This document shows, in pieces, positions 63,340 through 64,000 of a DNA stretch of 64,000 nt; the first letter of the stretch is position 1; every line of letters starts with the position of its first letter. Under the pieces are notes generated by a model that ran no database searches, was not told the DNA's origin, and worked only from the letters and a program-made list of their open reading frames with translations. The stretch is from Mobula hypostoma. Taxonomy: Eukaryota. The position numbers and the translations under genes are program-made. The stretch spans positions 96,102,001 through 96,166,000 of the forward strand of contig NC_086097.1 of assembly GCF_963921235.1 (NCBI RefSeq), given 5' to 3'.

Positions 63340-64000
63340 AAACACGAGAAAATCTGCAGATGCTGGAAATTCAAGCAACACACACAAAATGCTGGTGGAA
63401 TGCAGCAGGCCAGACAGCATCTATAGGAAGAGGTACAGTCGACGTTTCGGGTCAAGACCCTTCGTCAGGACTAACTGAAAAAAGAGATAGTAAGAGATTT
63501 GGTAGGGGGAGGGGGAGGGATGAAGCTAAGAGCTGGGAAGTAGATTGGCAAAAGGGATACAAGGCTGGAGAAGGGGGAGGATCATGGGATGGAAGGCCTT
63601 GGAAGAAAGGAAGGGGGAAGAGAGCACTAGGGGAAGATGGAGAACAGGCAAGGAGTTATTATAAGAGGGAAAGAGAGAAAAAAAGTAAACAAATTAAAAA
63701 TTAGGGATTCTCAATTCCCCCCTTCTCTCAATTCCTCCATCTCCGCCGCATCTGCTCTCAGAATGAGGCTTTTCATTCCAGGATGAAGTAGATATCTTCC
63801 TTTTTTAAAGAAAGGGGCTTCCTTTCCTCCACCATCAACTCTGCTCTCAAACGCATCTCTCCCATTTCACACACATCTGCTCTCACCCCATCCTCCCGCC
63901 ACCCCACTAGGGATAGGGTTCCTCTTGTCCTCACCTACCACCCCACCAGCCTCTGTGTCCAACATATAATTCTCCATAACTTCTGCCATCTTCAACGGGA
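63340..64000. mobile_element. Penelope-like element: inverted pLTR (-, 63340-63707) joined to an RT/linker body (+) that runs off the window
   Basis: Body encodes FSQFLHLRRICSQNEAFHSR..FFKERGF..DRVPLVLTYHPTSL. Confidence 0.92.
63437..63472 (-). ncRNA. Minimal type I hammerhead ribozyme (PLE type)
   Basis: agtc-CTGACGA-a-gggt-cttg-accc-GAAA-cGTC-gact; core and stem I intact. Confidence 0.85.

Noticed and set aside
20596..64000. Exons of RMDN3, the tail-to-tail neighbour of RAD51 in human
   Set aside because: I recognised no matching peptide by eye. Short exons could have been missed, so TBLASTN is needed.

Overview
Repeat-dense vertebrate genomic DNA, most likely from a cartilaginous fish (inferred from CR1 dominance, HE1-like V-SINEs and the Penelope terminal-repeat family). 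The only host gene I can support is RAD51 (+ strand). Its six 3' coding exons lie between 8610 and the stop at 20595, with lengths of 92/95/114/130/122/124 nt matching human exons 5-10; the 5' exons lie upstream of the window. Most of the rest is transposable elements: many nested CR1 LINEs (one full-length, with an SGNH-esterase ORF1), a full-length decayed L1 with a 16-bp TSD, Rex1-type LINEs, Penelope-like elements with minimal hammerhead ribozymes, two solo LTRs, a Tigger derivative, a hAT MITE, SINEs and two Hero-like (RLE) retrotransposon 3' ends. The main observation is that the 3' UTRs of the two sequence-divergent Hero-like elements (199-322 and 13409-13527, minus strand) fold into the same six-helix pseudoknotted structure. 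It places CUGANGA, GAAA and an NUH triplet in hammerhead geometry but in a non-circularly permuted order, and the helices covary between the copies. A second lead is a duplicated CCAAT/octamer/ONECUT-FOX-like module at 30908 and 38381. All calls were made by eye without searches, and repeat boundaries are approximate unless a TSD is quoted.
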